The translations under genes were made by a program, and so were the position numbers. DNA of 63,958 nt, counting the filler, from Bigelowiella natans CCMP2755 (lineage: Eukaryota; Protista; Cercozoa), in the NCBI GenBank assembly GCA_000320545.1. It is 7 parts of 7 records of this genome, joined end to end, with 100 filler letters (N's around TTAATTAATTAA, not from the genome) between each part and the next. Parts side by side here need not be neighbours in the genome. Positions count along the whole stretch, not along the records: positions 49,708 to 54,956 come from ADNK01002421.1; positions 55,057 to 56,990 come from ADNK01002227.1; positions 57,091 to 59,355 come from ADNK01000918.1; positions 59,456 to 62,120 come from ADNK01003171.1; 3 more parts are not named here. The stretch is one strand, 5' to 3'. Under the pieces are notes generated by a model. It ran no database searches. It saw only the letters and a program-made list of their open reading frames with translations, and had not been told where the DNA came from. Of the stretch, positions 50,636 to 62,220 are shown piece after piece (position 1 is the stretch's first letter; each line of letters starts with the position of its first letter).

Positions 50636-51001
50636 CGATTATGCTTGTATTGGTGTTTGTCCTACAATGATGGAGTATTTGATGATCTTGCCAAAAATGG
50701 TAGGGTGCTCCTCCGCAAGATCGGCGCAGTAGAAGATCCCAATAGCTGGGAGAGAAAGTCAATCATCTTTTGCACAAAGTCAATCATCTTTGGCATATAA
50801 TGCCAGCAAGCCAAGCCCACGCATAACCCCTCGAAGTCAACTTCGCAACACGAATTTAAAAAAAAAAAGGCCCAATCAAAGAGCTCTACTGGGGATGATG
50901 AGCTCGTTCTTGGGGGGGTGGTGAGGCCACTTACTTACTGCGAGAGACAACCAAATAATGAAGACATAGAGAGAGGTGTAGATGAGAGTGCTCCAGATCA
51001 T
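49835..51001 (-). CDS. TEX261: TEX261/Svp26 (Erv26 family) ER-Golgi cargo adaptor, partial
   Basis: MIWSTLIYTSLYVFIIWLSLAV|xIGIFYCADLAEEHPTIFGKIIKYSII|...YFQLLKDYPRIQGLTNPWLIASLVALVIDNACW resembles the Erv26 pattern GLYYLAELxEE...KxIIKY...FPxIxLTSPxFIxS. Confidence 0.72.
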
Positions 51002-51727
51002 TTCGCCAGCCAGCACTATTGTCCCCCTCCAGCTACTACAGTTTTGTTGTGGGGAACCGGCCGGTCAGTACGCGTGCAGGACAATGTGGGAGGATAAGGG
51101 TGGGTGGGGTGAACACACCCAAGGTGACGTCACACAAAGTGATGGGGCAGTGAACGATTACAACAAAAGCTATTTCGTGAAACAAAAATAGCCTTCTTCG
51201 TTACATCAGACTTCGTTCCGAGAAAAAACAGCACCAGCACTCACGGAAACCACCGCCCCCTCCCCCCCCCCCCTGCTCTGTCGGACACCCGACAGGGTGA
51301 GAGATGCACAGCAATCCCGGCTCAAAAGGAAAACTCGTTTGCGTCTCTCACCACACTCGGTTACAACAGCTATATTTTCGTCAGTTTTATGAGGAAAGGG
51401 GCAGAGAAATGCCCATGCAGGTCGGTTTTCAGGCGGCTCGGCATGGGGGCCAAAAGGGGGGGACCCGAGGCTTCGTACCTATTGATGAGATTTAGTGTGA
51501 AGCTCGGAATCGGGACGATTTCTCCATAATCCATGTCGTTTTTGGCTAAAATATCTGTTAAAATAGCCAAATATCGATTATTCAGGGCGTTTCCGGGAAC
51601 TCCTGAGAAAGAACGCGTGTCTTACGCACTGGAATATATTGCGATTTGCATTGTATTTCGGGGTTGCGACAAGGAATGATTGACGTCGCATGTGGAATGT
51701 CGGAATTCTGAAATCCAAAGAAGGAGG

Positions 51728-52977
51728 ATGGTTGAATCTCTCCCCCTGGTGCTCTCCGCAGCGCTTCTCTTTCTGATGGCGGCGCCTCCTCGCGTTTTGG
51801 GTCAAAACGAAGGGCAGCATTCGCCGGCCTTCGTATCCGTCTTCCGTTCTGAGGAAAATGCGCGGCAGGTCAAGGGCGTCCGCGACAGCCTGAAAGGATT
51901 GTGCGTGGATGCGCGAAGGTACTCTAATAATGTTGATGGGAATTATGCAGAGACGATTGTTATGGTGGAAGGGGCGGGAAGTGAAGTAAGCTCGTTCGAC
52001 ATTCAGCGTAAGTAGGAAAAAATATTTTTTTCGGAAACTCCGCGGCGTTGCTGCGGTCCCGCAAAGGAACTTAAGTTTTCTCTCAGCTTTGATTATGTTG
52101 GCCGTTGTTGGAGCCTGATCATAACAAACAAATCGCAGGGCCAAATCCGAACTCGGCAACCCCTGTGTCTACATGGAGTCCGACGCCTTCAAATTCTTCC
52201 TGAAAACCGTCAAGGCGCAGGTGCCGGAAGGCCAAGTCACGAGGGGCTGGGAGGTGAGTGGTGGTTGCATTGACTTGAAGAAGAAGAGAGCTGTGCAAAT
52301 TAGCAGGAAGGGTGAAACACTTGCTAGTTTCATGCGCTCTCTGGGAGCTCTTAGATTCGTTAGAAATACCATACAACGCTCTTTGTCTCAAAACACTCAG
52401 GCCAAGCGGTACACTGAATGCCGTCGATTGCCTGCGAATGATGTACACGAACCTCCTGTGTGCGTAGCCTACGCATACTTTCTTCTGCCATTTGACCTGG
52501 CATTTGGGGGGGGGGACGCACTCTCCGATTGCGTGGAACGGCAGCAGCAGCGCCAACAACAAGAACAGGAAAGGCCTCTCTCCTCCAGCGATCATAGTAG
52601 CCGATATGATGTACGTGCAGTCGTCGTTGGTTTTCTCTCTGTGTTGATTGACAAGAATGAACATGAATTAGAAAAATAGAGAAGGGGGAGAGACGTAGCG
52701 AGAGTTGAAACAATTGTGCTAATTGTTTAATCCGGCATGCCCCTGCCTGAGGTACCTCGTCTAAGGAGGCAGCCAAGTACGACATCAAGGTCTTTGCGGT
52801 GGAGAGCAAACCTGAAGATAAGAAGCACTGCACTCTTGCTCGGTCAGCATGCCGCAATGGCATCGACGTGGACTTCATAGGAACCAATATCAGACGCGAA
52901 ATTCCGACCTCACTCAAGTTCAAGTAGCAAAGCACCACATGCATACACACGCGCACACGCACGCACCGTTATATACT

Positions 52978-53038
<61 letters not shown>

Positions 53039-53423
53039 CCGCCAATAAAAGAGGATGATATCACATCCCATCCTTCGCTATTTGAACAGTTAGAAATGCA
53101 TAAGAAATTTCACCAATAAAACGCCACGGTTGCTCGGCTCACGTACACTCCAGGCACATCGTTGAGTACCTCTCCAAGATTCCTCCTGGAAAGCGAAAGA
53201 CGACCATCGTCGTCAATTTAGACGCGCGAGACGTTCTTATCCAGAGAGGCGTGGATGTGCTCGTGGCACGATTTCTCGAGATTGGAGCAGGAATGGTGAT
53301 ATCCGCCGAAAGCAATTGCTGGCCAACGCACCTCTACCCAGGGAACATGATGCTGGGGAACGCTTACAATGTCATAAAAACATGCACACTTGGGAGACGT
53401 AGCGCGGCGCTCAGTTTTCATCA

Positions 53424-53462
<39 letters not shown>

Positions 53463-54160
53463 GTATCATAAAATCGGAATCGTTTCGATTTTTGAAATAA
53501 TGCTGTACCTTGCGGGGATGAGACTTGTGTGAAAGGACATCAAAAGAACTGTTAAAAAAATACAAAGAACAAACAAACCAAACAACTTTGACTCGCTTCC
53601 TCCCAGGAGCATGCGACTTGGCGGTCATTGCAAACATCATACCCGGCGTGACTGTTGCATCTTACGTGTAGGAACCGAGGCGTGATTTAGGCATTGGCCG
53701 GTCAAAATTCAAGCATTTTTACATATGCGACAAGCTGTTTCCTACAGGTTTGCAAGTGCGTTGTGCAAGGCCACAGATCTTGCTTCATTTGAAGGATGAT
53801 TATTGCATTGACGCTTTGCATGTGCGCGTAGGCTCGCATAACCGATGGCCGAATGGAGGGGCGTTTGTAGGTGTGTGTGTGATGATGCTTTCAGCTTGTT
53901 CGTTGTTTCTGGTGCACTGTCCAAACTTTGTGGGAAAACTGCGTTGATAATGCTTTCTCAGTGTGTGTATGTGCTTGTGTGCATAGGTTTGTGTGTGCGC
54001 GATTGCACCTAAATCATCCGAAGACATTTCATGAACCAATCTGTCACGATGAGCGTGCGGACACACAAGCCCTTCTTCCACACACGCCGCATCATCACAG
54101 TGCAACCTCTGAACTCCGTGCTGTGTATCATCGATCGAGTCCTCAGGCTTCGCCGACGAG
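51728..54160 (+). CDS. Secreted PLOD/LH3-type glycosyltransferase-domain protein; 3' end uncertain
   Basis: Signal peptide MVESLPLVLSAALLFLMAAPPRVLG; LARSACRNGIDVDFIG...; IVVNLDARDVLIQ...VARFLEIGAGMVISAESNCWP...YP; RWPNGGAFVG. These match PLOD GT motifs DxxDV, SAExxCWP and RxLNSGxFIG. Confidence 0.7.
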
Positions 54161-54549
54161 GTGCTCCGGGCGTTCAGGCTAATGATGGATTTAGACCTGG
54201 CATTCAAAGACAGGTCCATTCGTCATCGATGAGTCCTAAATTAACGATTGAAATCCTGCCAGTACTGCCACGTAAACGATGCCCACGCCAGTCAGTTGTC
54301 AATTTACCATCGTGTTTTTTTACAACTTTAAATTCGTAGTCATGGTTGCAGGTGTTTTATGTCACAGCCTCAACCCCCCCCCTCTTCCTCCGACGTCCTT
54401 TCTGTGCGTTGTAGCATTCCACTTTCATTGAAAGGGTGTGTGGTTGCTGTGGTGGTGTGACGTTATGCTCGCCATTCGTATGCTCCTATGTAATCAAAGA
54501 GTGATAATGGAGATCATGTAGGCTGCACAGCAGCGTCCAAAGTGATTTG

Positions 54550-54586
<37 letters not shown>

Positions 54587-54956
54587 CTTGCAAATGTGCC
54601 GCTGGCATTTTTGCTGTGATGTGGTGTGGCGCGGCGCTATTGCAGCTACCCGCTAACAGACCAGTATTTCTACACACAGCTCTTTCTCTCAAGACGGTAG
54701 GAAAGAGAAGGCACAATCAACTGCCTGTACACGCTCTCTCTCACACACACGCACACACGCACAGACACTCACTCACTCACACACTCGCATACACAATGGA
54801 TAAGGGAGGGGGGGGGGGCGGAGGGGATGTGAATAGAAAAGCATATGGAAATGCGGGTACAAGAGCACAAACCTCCAGACAAACATCAGATATCCTCATA
54901 TAGCTCCTAATACATGCTACTTCTTCTTATTATTATTCTTATCTCTACTACTGCTG

Positions 54957-55056
54957 NNNNNNNNNNNNNNNNNNNNNNNNNNNNNNNNNNNNNNNNNNNN
55001 TTAATTAATTAANNNNNNNNNNNNNNNNNNNNNNNNNNNNNNNNNNNNNNNNNNNN
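54957..55056. other. Artificial contig linker
   Basis: N44-TTAATTAATTAA-N44. Confidence 0.98.
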
Positions 55057-55181
55057 GCGAAAGCAGGTTTTTTACATTACCATACTCCCCCCCCCCCTTC
55101 CCCGCCTTAACCTGCTAATAATTGTGCATGACAACACACACACACACACACACACACACACGCCTTATCCGCCCTCTTTAG

Positions 55182-55598
55182 GATATGATAAAACGATTGA
55201 AAGAACACATCGAAATGACCTCCCCAAAGCTTTCCATCGGCGCCAGCCTAGGTCGCTTCGTTTGAATTGTCTCTTTCTTCAAAAACTTCCAATATTAAAA
55301 GGACCCGATATAAAACCCAAACCTCACACTCACACACAAACACACGTACACGTACCCGGCTTCATGAATTGGCCATTTATCGAAGCATGGAAACATCTAT
55401 TCTCTCGTCTTATGCCTCTTCTGTACTAAATCTTGACGAAAACCGTAGGTATCAGCATGGTCACGCAAATGTTCCTCCGGACCGCGCGGATTATCAATAT
55501 GGTTGGGGGAGAGAAGTCGTATACCTTTTACATCGCTGATTGCCTCACCACCATTGAAGGTAATAATAGTCATCATCGATGAAGCAGCAGTAGTAGTT

Positions 55599-55630
<32 letters not shown>

Positions 55631-56240
55631 TGGATGGTATATTCGAACTACTCTTCGTTCAAATCGATGATTCTTTCGCTTTGGCTTCATTTTTTCCGTC
55701 TCCTCCCTCCCCCCTCTTCTCCCATTTACTTCTTCTTCTTTTCTCAGGCCTACTTGCGAAGGTGCCCCCTCTTGCTCTCAAAGACTCGAGAGAATTCAGT
55801 CAGGATGTGTGTAAGAGCCTTCATGGTAATATGGATCGCTAAGCAAAACGTGCGTGCAGTGGTTATCTATCATTCGTTTCTATCGTGTTTCTTTCCTGCT
55901 TGATGATGGTCATTTTTGGGCCTAAATCATGGGACAACTGTCGGGTGCTATTGCCATTGTTAATCTCCTTAGAAAGCGATCTGATTTCTTTAGTTTTCGT
56001 TTTCGTTGTTAATCATTAAATGTACAATCGGTTTTTCTTCTTCTTCTTCTTCTTCTTCCTCCTCTTCTGAATGGCTTCTCTCCAGGACTATACGACTTCA
56101 TTCTGAACCTCATTGAGACGTCGCCTGCCACTCTCGAAGAGGCCAAAGCTGGAGGTCGCAGCACGCAACACATGAAGAGATACAGAAAGAGCGGGAAAAG
56201 AAAGAAGGGGGCGGGTGGGGGAAAATGAAGAAAGCATACA
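55182..56240 (+). CDS. 3' exons of an unidentified gene
   Basis: Short AG/GT-bounded segments (DMIKRLKEHIEMTSPKL; ISMVTQMFLRTARIINM; LYDFILNLIETSPATLEEAK...RKSGKRKK). Family not recognised. Confidence 0.3.
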
Positions 56241-56990
56241 TGTATATAAATAAATATAGTAAGGGAGGAGGGGAGCGAAGAGAGAAGGTCGACGCCTTAC
56301 GCGGGAGAAGAGACAGCAAACGTGAAAGAAAAGAAATATGACGATAATGGCAGCTAAAAATTATACTGATTAGTTGCCAATAAGCATGGTATGAATATAT
56401 AAGTATATATAATATCTATATGCGTGTGATTCCTTTGGTATGCTGGTAGGAGCAGGCATAGGAGGGCCAATGACGCCGAGAGAACTGCAAGTCTTAGCTG
56501 TGAAAACCATGTTCAGAGCGGCGCTTGCAACGGGGTATTAGTCGTCGTTGTCGTACATCACGAGTGAAATTGAGAATTGGCGTGGGAAGTAAATGCATTT
56601 ACACTCATCGCTTTGTATCTATCGAGAGCTGGGTGTTGATGTTACTTCCCGCGATTCTCTCGACATTTTGCTCTGTCTTTTGCACTCATCCCCCCCCCCC
56701 TCAACGCTAATTCACGAATGATAGTGACAACGAGAATGGTCAGTGGGCAAATCGGGCAGTGTAACTGTTATTGTTATCCCTGCACAATAAATTGCGGAGC
56801 ATCAGATCATTACGCATCTATACTAAAGACGCCAATCAAAAATGTACGCTTGGTCGGATGATGGAGCTGGCTATTTTTTAAAAAAACAACAATGATGCAA
56901 TGATGCGCTTTTATATTTAATTAGATTATCGGCTAGATTGACGTACTGTAGTTGTCGTGTGCAGCTAATTAGTATCTACTTTCTGTATAG

Positions 56991-57090
56991 NNNNNNNNNN
57001 NNNNNNNNNNNNNNNNNNNNNNNNNNNNNNNNNNTTAATTAATTAANNNNNNNNNNNNNNNNNNNNNNNNNNNNNNNNNNNNNNNNNNNN
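56991..57090. other. Artificial contig linker
   Basis: N44-TTAATTAATTAA-N44. Confidence 0.98.
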
Positions 57091-57573
57091 GGGGGAGGGG
57101 GGGGGGATTCGAACGATTGGACGCACCAACGCGCTTGGCAGTCTGAGATGCACTTGCATTTAGTCCGCTCGTGTGGAACAAAGGCGAGGATCCCTATAGT
57201 AGGTCGAAATGATACCCAACGTTATCGTACAACAGGCAAAACAACCAAGAGCACGTGAGGGGAAAAAGGAGGAGGAGATAAAGATTGAGAATCCACCACA
57301 ATCCTCCTCCTACTACTACTACTACTACAACAACAACAACAACCGCTACCAAACAAGCCCACTCCCAGCACCGAAGCTACGACGATGTTACCCCAACACG
57401 CGAGAGAACGATGACGTCTTTCAACCCTGCACATTTGGACATGTTATTCTACAATATATGCAAAGGATGATGATCATCACTCGATGCGCTTGCGTTTTGC
57501 CCGTGTTTCGTGGAATCGCAACGACATATGAAGTAGAGCCAACGATGGCTTGCATGGCAGCACACACGATACA

Positions 57574-57633
<60 letters not shown>

Positions 57634-57857
57634 AGACAATTAGACAGGGAGTGCAAAAACGCAACCTGGACCCGCCCTTAAAATCCTTAGATCTTTGTCA
57701 ATGAACGTCGTCCGAACGTATCTTGCACAGCAGCAGCAACAACAATACTAGTGATTCAGAGGGCGAAAAGATTGGGGAGAGGAAAGGGGAGGAAGGGGGG
57801 GGGGGGGATATAAAAGGCAACTACCACCATCCGGTTTATTATCACGCTTATCTATCA

Positions 57858-57894
<37 letters not shown>

Positions 57895-58654
57895 CTACGG
57901 ATGCATATTGTCGGAGGCGTAAGGTGGGGGAGGAGAAGCTTTTCCATCCTCGACAGCCGAGACCTCCGCGGTGCTGCTGCTGCTACTTTCCCCTCCAAAT
58001 TGATCGCTACCACCATTTTCTAACTGGCCTCCTTCCTCTTCGTCGTAGTTTACATACTTACTGTTCGTGCCGCTCGTGGTACTGAGCATGCGTAGCAAGG
58101 CGCTTGCACCGAGCTGTTATGGATTAGGATGTTCAAAAGAATGGGAGAAAACGGGGGGGGAGGGGGGGGGGCAGTGAAAGAGAACATTGGTCGTCGGTAA
58201 TGAGAGAACATAACTTCTTAATTCCACCAGGACAGTGTATTGCAAATAGCATCGTCATCACTATCATCATCATCATTATTATCCTCCTCCTCATCATCAT
58301 CTTTTTCGAATGGCAGGAGCACTACCAGAGACGGCTGCGTATCGATGACAACAGACAAAGAGCCATCCTTTTCGTCTTCAACGCCGTTGAGCTGACGAAC
58401 GAGTACAAGAATGATGGGTTACTACGTGATATCCCTAGATGATGATGATGATGATGACGATGGATGATGAGAGGTCTTGCAATCGAGGAGGCCGGGGGGG
58501 AGGAGAAAAGAAGAAGAACCCATCTCCCAAATCATAGATCAACGAGCGGCAGCAGACAAGCAGTTATTAGTGCATCATCGTTGCGTTTGCACGACGCTAT
58601 TAGTGTTTACTTTGTTCATAATGAGCTGCTCGTCGTACTGTTCCTCCTGTTGAA

Positions 58655-58687
<33 letters not shown>

Positions 58688-59146
58688 TATATTTACATAT
58701 ATTTACATATACGCGCGTGTTTTGTACGATAATGCGTGTATGCGTGGTGCTCCTGTGTGTCTAAGCATCTGTTTGTTTGCGTCGTCTGTCTATTCAGCAG
58801 TCGCGCACCGTCGCCATTCCTCCAAATGCCCCGCGCATATCTTCGATCCAGAAGGAGGGGAGGCCGTCAAGCCTCGTCTCCTGCAAGACCACAGCGCCGT
58901 CCCACTCTTTCCACCCGCCCAACTTGGGCTAAAATTCATCGGAGGAACAAGAAGGGAATGGAAGCCGGGCAACAGCATAATCATCAGAACACTGCCAGAG
59001 AAGAGGCACTAATAACTCAAAGAACATTAGCTATGCAGTGCTCTCGCACCTCGACGATCTGACGTATTGTGGAGAACTCGATGTTCCACTTCCCCTGTGC
59101 AAGCGGCCACGAGTAGGAATCCAAAACCTGCCCCCGTCCGCCATTA
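57895..59146 (-). CDS. 3' exons of an unidentified gene
   Basis: Splice-bounded segments VLDSYSWPLAQGKWNIEFSTIRQIVE|PKLGGWKEWDGAVVLQETRLDGLPSFWIEDMRGAFGGMAT, and terminal ...ASPPPPYASDNMHP*. Confidence 0.35.
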
Positions 59147-59275
59147 TTTAGAGCAAAGCATTGCCAGCAACGCATTGGCGCACAAGCTTCTCTCGAAGTA
59201 TCCAGTTTACATCGTAATCCCCCCCCCCCCCCCCCAACTACACCCACACACACACACACACGCACGCACGCACAT

Positions 59276-59323
<48 letters not shown>

Positions 59324-59355
59324 TGACCTGGGGGCTTAAGTCTTCGAGAGAATGT

Positions 59356-59455
59356 NNNNNNNNNNNNNNNNNNNNNNNNNNNNNNNNNNNNNNNNNNNNT
59401 TAATTAATTAANNNNNNNNNNNNNNNNNNNNNNNNNNNNNNNNNNNNNNNNNNNN
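59356..59455. other. Artificial contig linker
   Basis: N44-TTAATTAATTAA-N44. Confidence 0.98.
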
Positions 59456-59532
59456 GACGTTCAGCAGTGACAACAACGGCCACGCTTGTACTTATCATGG
59501 TGTAATTTTGCATGTTGTTTGTTGCTCCTCAC

Positions 59533-59903
59533 GCTAGGGTCTTTCCCTGTCCAGTTTTCTCTTCCAGAATCTGATCCAATGCATGTTAGCAAGCGATCTA
59601 AGGGTATGATAACTACAAACAACGGCTGCTTAGTCGTACTCGGTGTTAGTCACACTCACCAGGTCAGGTCTACTGGAAGCATTTCTCAGTAACCCAAACG
59701 GGATCGATGCCGCTTGAATTCTTGTTGGATGATATATGGCCATGTTTTGAAGTCGATGCACTAGGTATGGAGGTACGCCTATTACCCCAAACCCTCCTCC
59801 TCCTCCTCCACCACCACCATCATGATGCATCTTGCTGCTGTTTGTGGGAGGACCCACCGCCACTCCTACTTTCCTTGGATTGGTTTTGTTTTTCATCACA
59901 TGA

Positions 59904-59945
<42 letters not shown>

Positions 59946-60384
59946 TCAGCAGCTTTTGGGGGTTTTAGGGTATTTCCAAGTAAGCTGTACGGCTGAAAGC
60001 CTGATGTGAAGGGGAAAGTTTAGTAGGGTACTATACCATCAGTAATGATGCACGGAAAGAAGGTAGAGTTGTCGATGAATACGAAGACTATTTTCGAAAT
60101 AAAGAGGCTGGATTGAATATAAATTTTAAGTCAAAAGGATTAAATGAGGTGGAAAGCAAACCCTGTGTACATGGCCGAAGAAGTCTATTTGGATGGTGTC
60201 TTGAGAACAGTGTAGTTCTGCCTCTTCCTCGAACTGCTCTTGGCCTCCACAGCGCTCGTAACGTGCCAGCACTAGGGACGGTGAAGCGTGATTTTTGTTG
60301 TGCTTGGGCAGAGGAGAAGTAGGGCTGCTGAAGGTTGATAACAAAGAGGGTCAGTAGCCCTTTGACAAGGGAGGGGCTAAGCAT
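59533..60384 (-). CDS. DEAD-box RNA helicase N-terminus with a putative bipartite (signal + transit) leader; truncated by the linker
   Basis: Q motif FGVIGVPPYLVHRLQNMAIYHPTRIQAASIP, then exon ILEEKTGQGKTLA (motif I). First exon has a hydrophobic stretch followed by an Arg-rich, acid-free segment. Confidence 0.8.
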
Positions 60385-60829
60385 TCGCTTCGGGAAATTT
60401 TGCCCAAATTTTGGCAGAAAACTTTGAAAATGTTGACGCCAAAGTGAAATCGAAGCCGTTCATAGCATTAAAAATGCAGTGGAAAATCCGAGAAAATTAA
60501 AATGACGACATTCGAAAGATGGTGAAGTCCCACACGATCACCCACAATATGCGGCGAATCCCGCCGGGAGAGTTCGTTAATATCCGTTAATGTCCGTTAG
60601 TGTCCGAAAATTAGGGATTTATCCCGGATTGTCTGCAGGGAGAGTCTCCGGTGAAGAACTGATGACACGTGCCAGTGACCGGTGGCTCAATGTTTTCCGG
60701 GGACACGATGCCTCAAAGCTCCAGCCCAGTGATGGTGTTTTCGTACCCAGGTTTGTTTCACCCATTGATCCTCAAAAACATCATCAAATTCAACATCCTG
60801 AGGTGCACATTCACCGAATCCTGGACAGG

Positions 60830-61099
60830 TCTGTTGGACATTTCTGCTAAGATTGCAATCCACACAAGTCAATCTGCAGTTGCATTGTTCCAGAGATGGC
60901 TTGGGCTAGCATGTGTGGGGCACAAGTGTTGTTGTCGATTCCATCCACGGAAACATCAGCAGCAGCAAATTTGCATTTGCACACAGGACAGCAAGGGTGT
61001 CTACCAGCGATTCTACTCATCCATCTGTCATCAATGTGTGTTCTTTTTCATCCCATTTTCTGCCAGCTCTTTCATCCTGAGATTTTGTTGCGCGTAAGG
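60830..61099 (-). pseudogene. Frameshifted HNH-type endonuclease relic, Polinton/large DNA virus-like
   Basis: Across frames: KSQDERAGRKWDEKE / HIDDRWMSRIAGRHPCCPVCKCKF...VSVDGIDNN / CNCRLTCVDCNLSRN, resembling QDxKxGR...YI...CxxC...S(L/V)DRIDN...NCxLxCxxCN. Confidence 0.6.
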
Positions 61100-62120
61100 T
61101 GTTCACAGGCCGAGGCGCTACGTGCACAAGTAGGCAGGGGGGGGGAAAGGCACGTTTGCTTCCTTTTGAAGAGTTTTGTTTATTTTTATTAAAGATTATA
61201 TTTTTGTTAAATCGTGCACTGCGTAATCATTCGCGAAGCTTTCGCGAATGCCGCCGCACGTGGGGCAGCACACTTCCGGTGTGCTGCCATGAGTCCCGCC
61301 GGAACCCACGTGCCTATACTGTATTAATATCTACGTTATCTATATTCTATATCCGCGACAACCCCTTTGTTGTCGCACGTGACTTGTGCTCGCGTAGTAG
61401 TACGCACTACACCTCCCCCAAGTCACGTTGCTCCTTCCTTCCTTCCTTATTCCCTTAGACCTTTATCGCTTTCGGAACTTCACCAACCACCAGGTAATAG
61501 ATTCCTCTCTAACCTTATCTCCTTTGTCGCTTACCCAGAACTCACCTTCGTCCTTAGGTTCGTGTCCATCCCAGCCCTCTGCATCAAGGTCCCCCAGGAC
61601 CTTATACCAGTGCTCAAAGGGTAAGTCGGGAACAGCTAGGTAGAGTAGCTGATATTTTCCGTCCTTTATTTTCATAGCTACCCTCTCCATATTTCGTAAT
61701 CCAGGGTAGCCTAGATAGACAATCTTCATGCGCCAATCGTCGTTCACCCTGACCTTATTATTTCCATATTCCACATCGAACTTAGGTCGGGGTCCTAAAC
61801 AAGGCATGGCTCGCTCCCACACAGTAGGGTTTACTTTAACATCCTCTAGGAGCTTCTCACCGATATCATAATTCTTTAGGTGACTGATGTGGCGCAAGGT
61901 GACCCTGTTCCCATCATAGATGTAGTACTGCTTCCTCCCCTTCCTCTCGGTAACCTTTGCAACGCCACCCCAGAAGGGGTCTTGTTTATTTCTCGATCTC
62001 AGATTTACCTTGGCCCTAACATACTGTCCTTCCTTTAGAACTCGGCCATCGTACGGGACCTTCTCGTCTTCGCTCTCGGTATCGTCGTCGTTGTCGTCGC
62101 CTTCTTCCCTCTCCTTATCC
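61100..62120 (-). mobile_element. 3' end of a Ty3/gypsy-type LTR retrotransposon (pol tail, PPT, 3' LTR)
   Basis: Open frame from the contig edge to 61463. Purine tract gggggagg (61412-61419, minus strand) directly followed by TGTAGTG...GTGAACA, a 312-bp TG..CA LTR candidate at 61100-61411. Only one LTR is visible. Confidence 0.75.
61463..62119 (-). CDS. Pol C-terminus: integrase SH3-like tail plus degenerate N6-adenine methyltransferase-like domain
   Basis: GQYVRAK...NKQDPFWGGVAKVTERKGRKQYYI...RHISHLKNY fits the gypsy integrase tail (GDxV..KLxPxWxGP..V..Y..H.S.LK.Y). DDWRMKIVYLGYPGLRNMERVAMKIK...LYLAVPDLPFEHWYKVL parallels retroelement Dam-like domains. Confidence 0.65.
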   Translation of the reverse strand, partial: DKEREEGDDNDDDTESEDEKVPYDGRVLKEGQYVRAKVNLRSRNKQDPFWGGVAKVTERKGRKQYYIYDGNRVTLRHISHLKNYDIGEKLLEDVKVNPTVWERAMPCLGPRPKFDVEYGNNKVRVNDDWRMKIVYLGYPGLRNMERVAMKIKDGKYQLLYLAVPDLPFEHWYKVLGDLDAEGWDGHEPKDEGEFWVSDKGDKVREESITWWLVKFRKR

Positions 62121-62220
62121 NNNNNNNNNNNNNNNNNNNNNNNNNNNNNNNNNNNNNNNNNNNNTTAATTAATTAANNNNNNNNNNNNNNNNNNNNNNNN
62201 NNNNNNNNNNNNNNNNNNNN
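62121..62220. other. Artificial contig linker
   Basis: N44-TTAATTAATTAA-N44. Confidence 0.98.
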
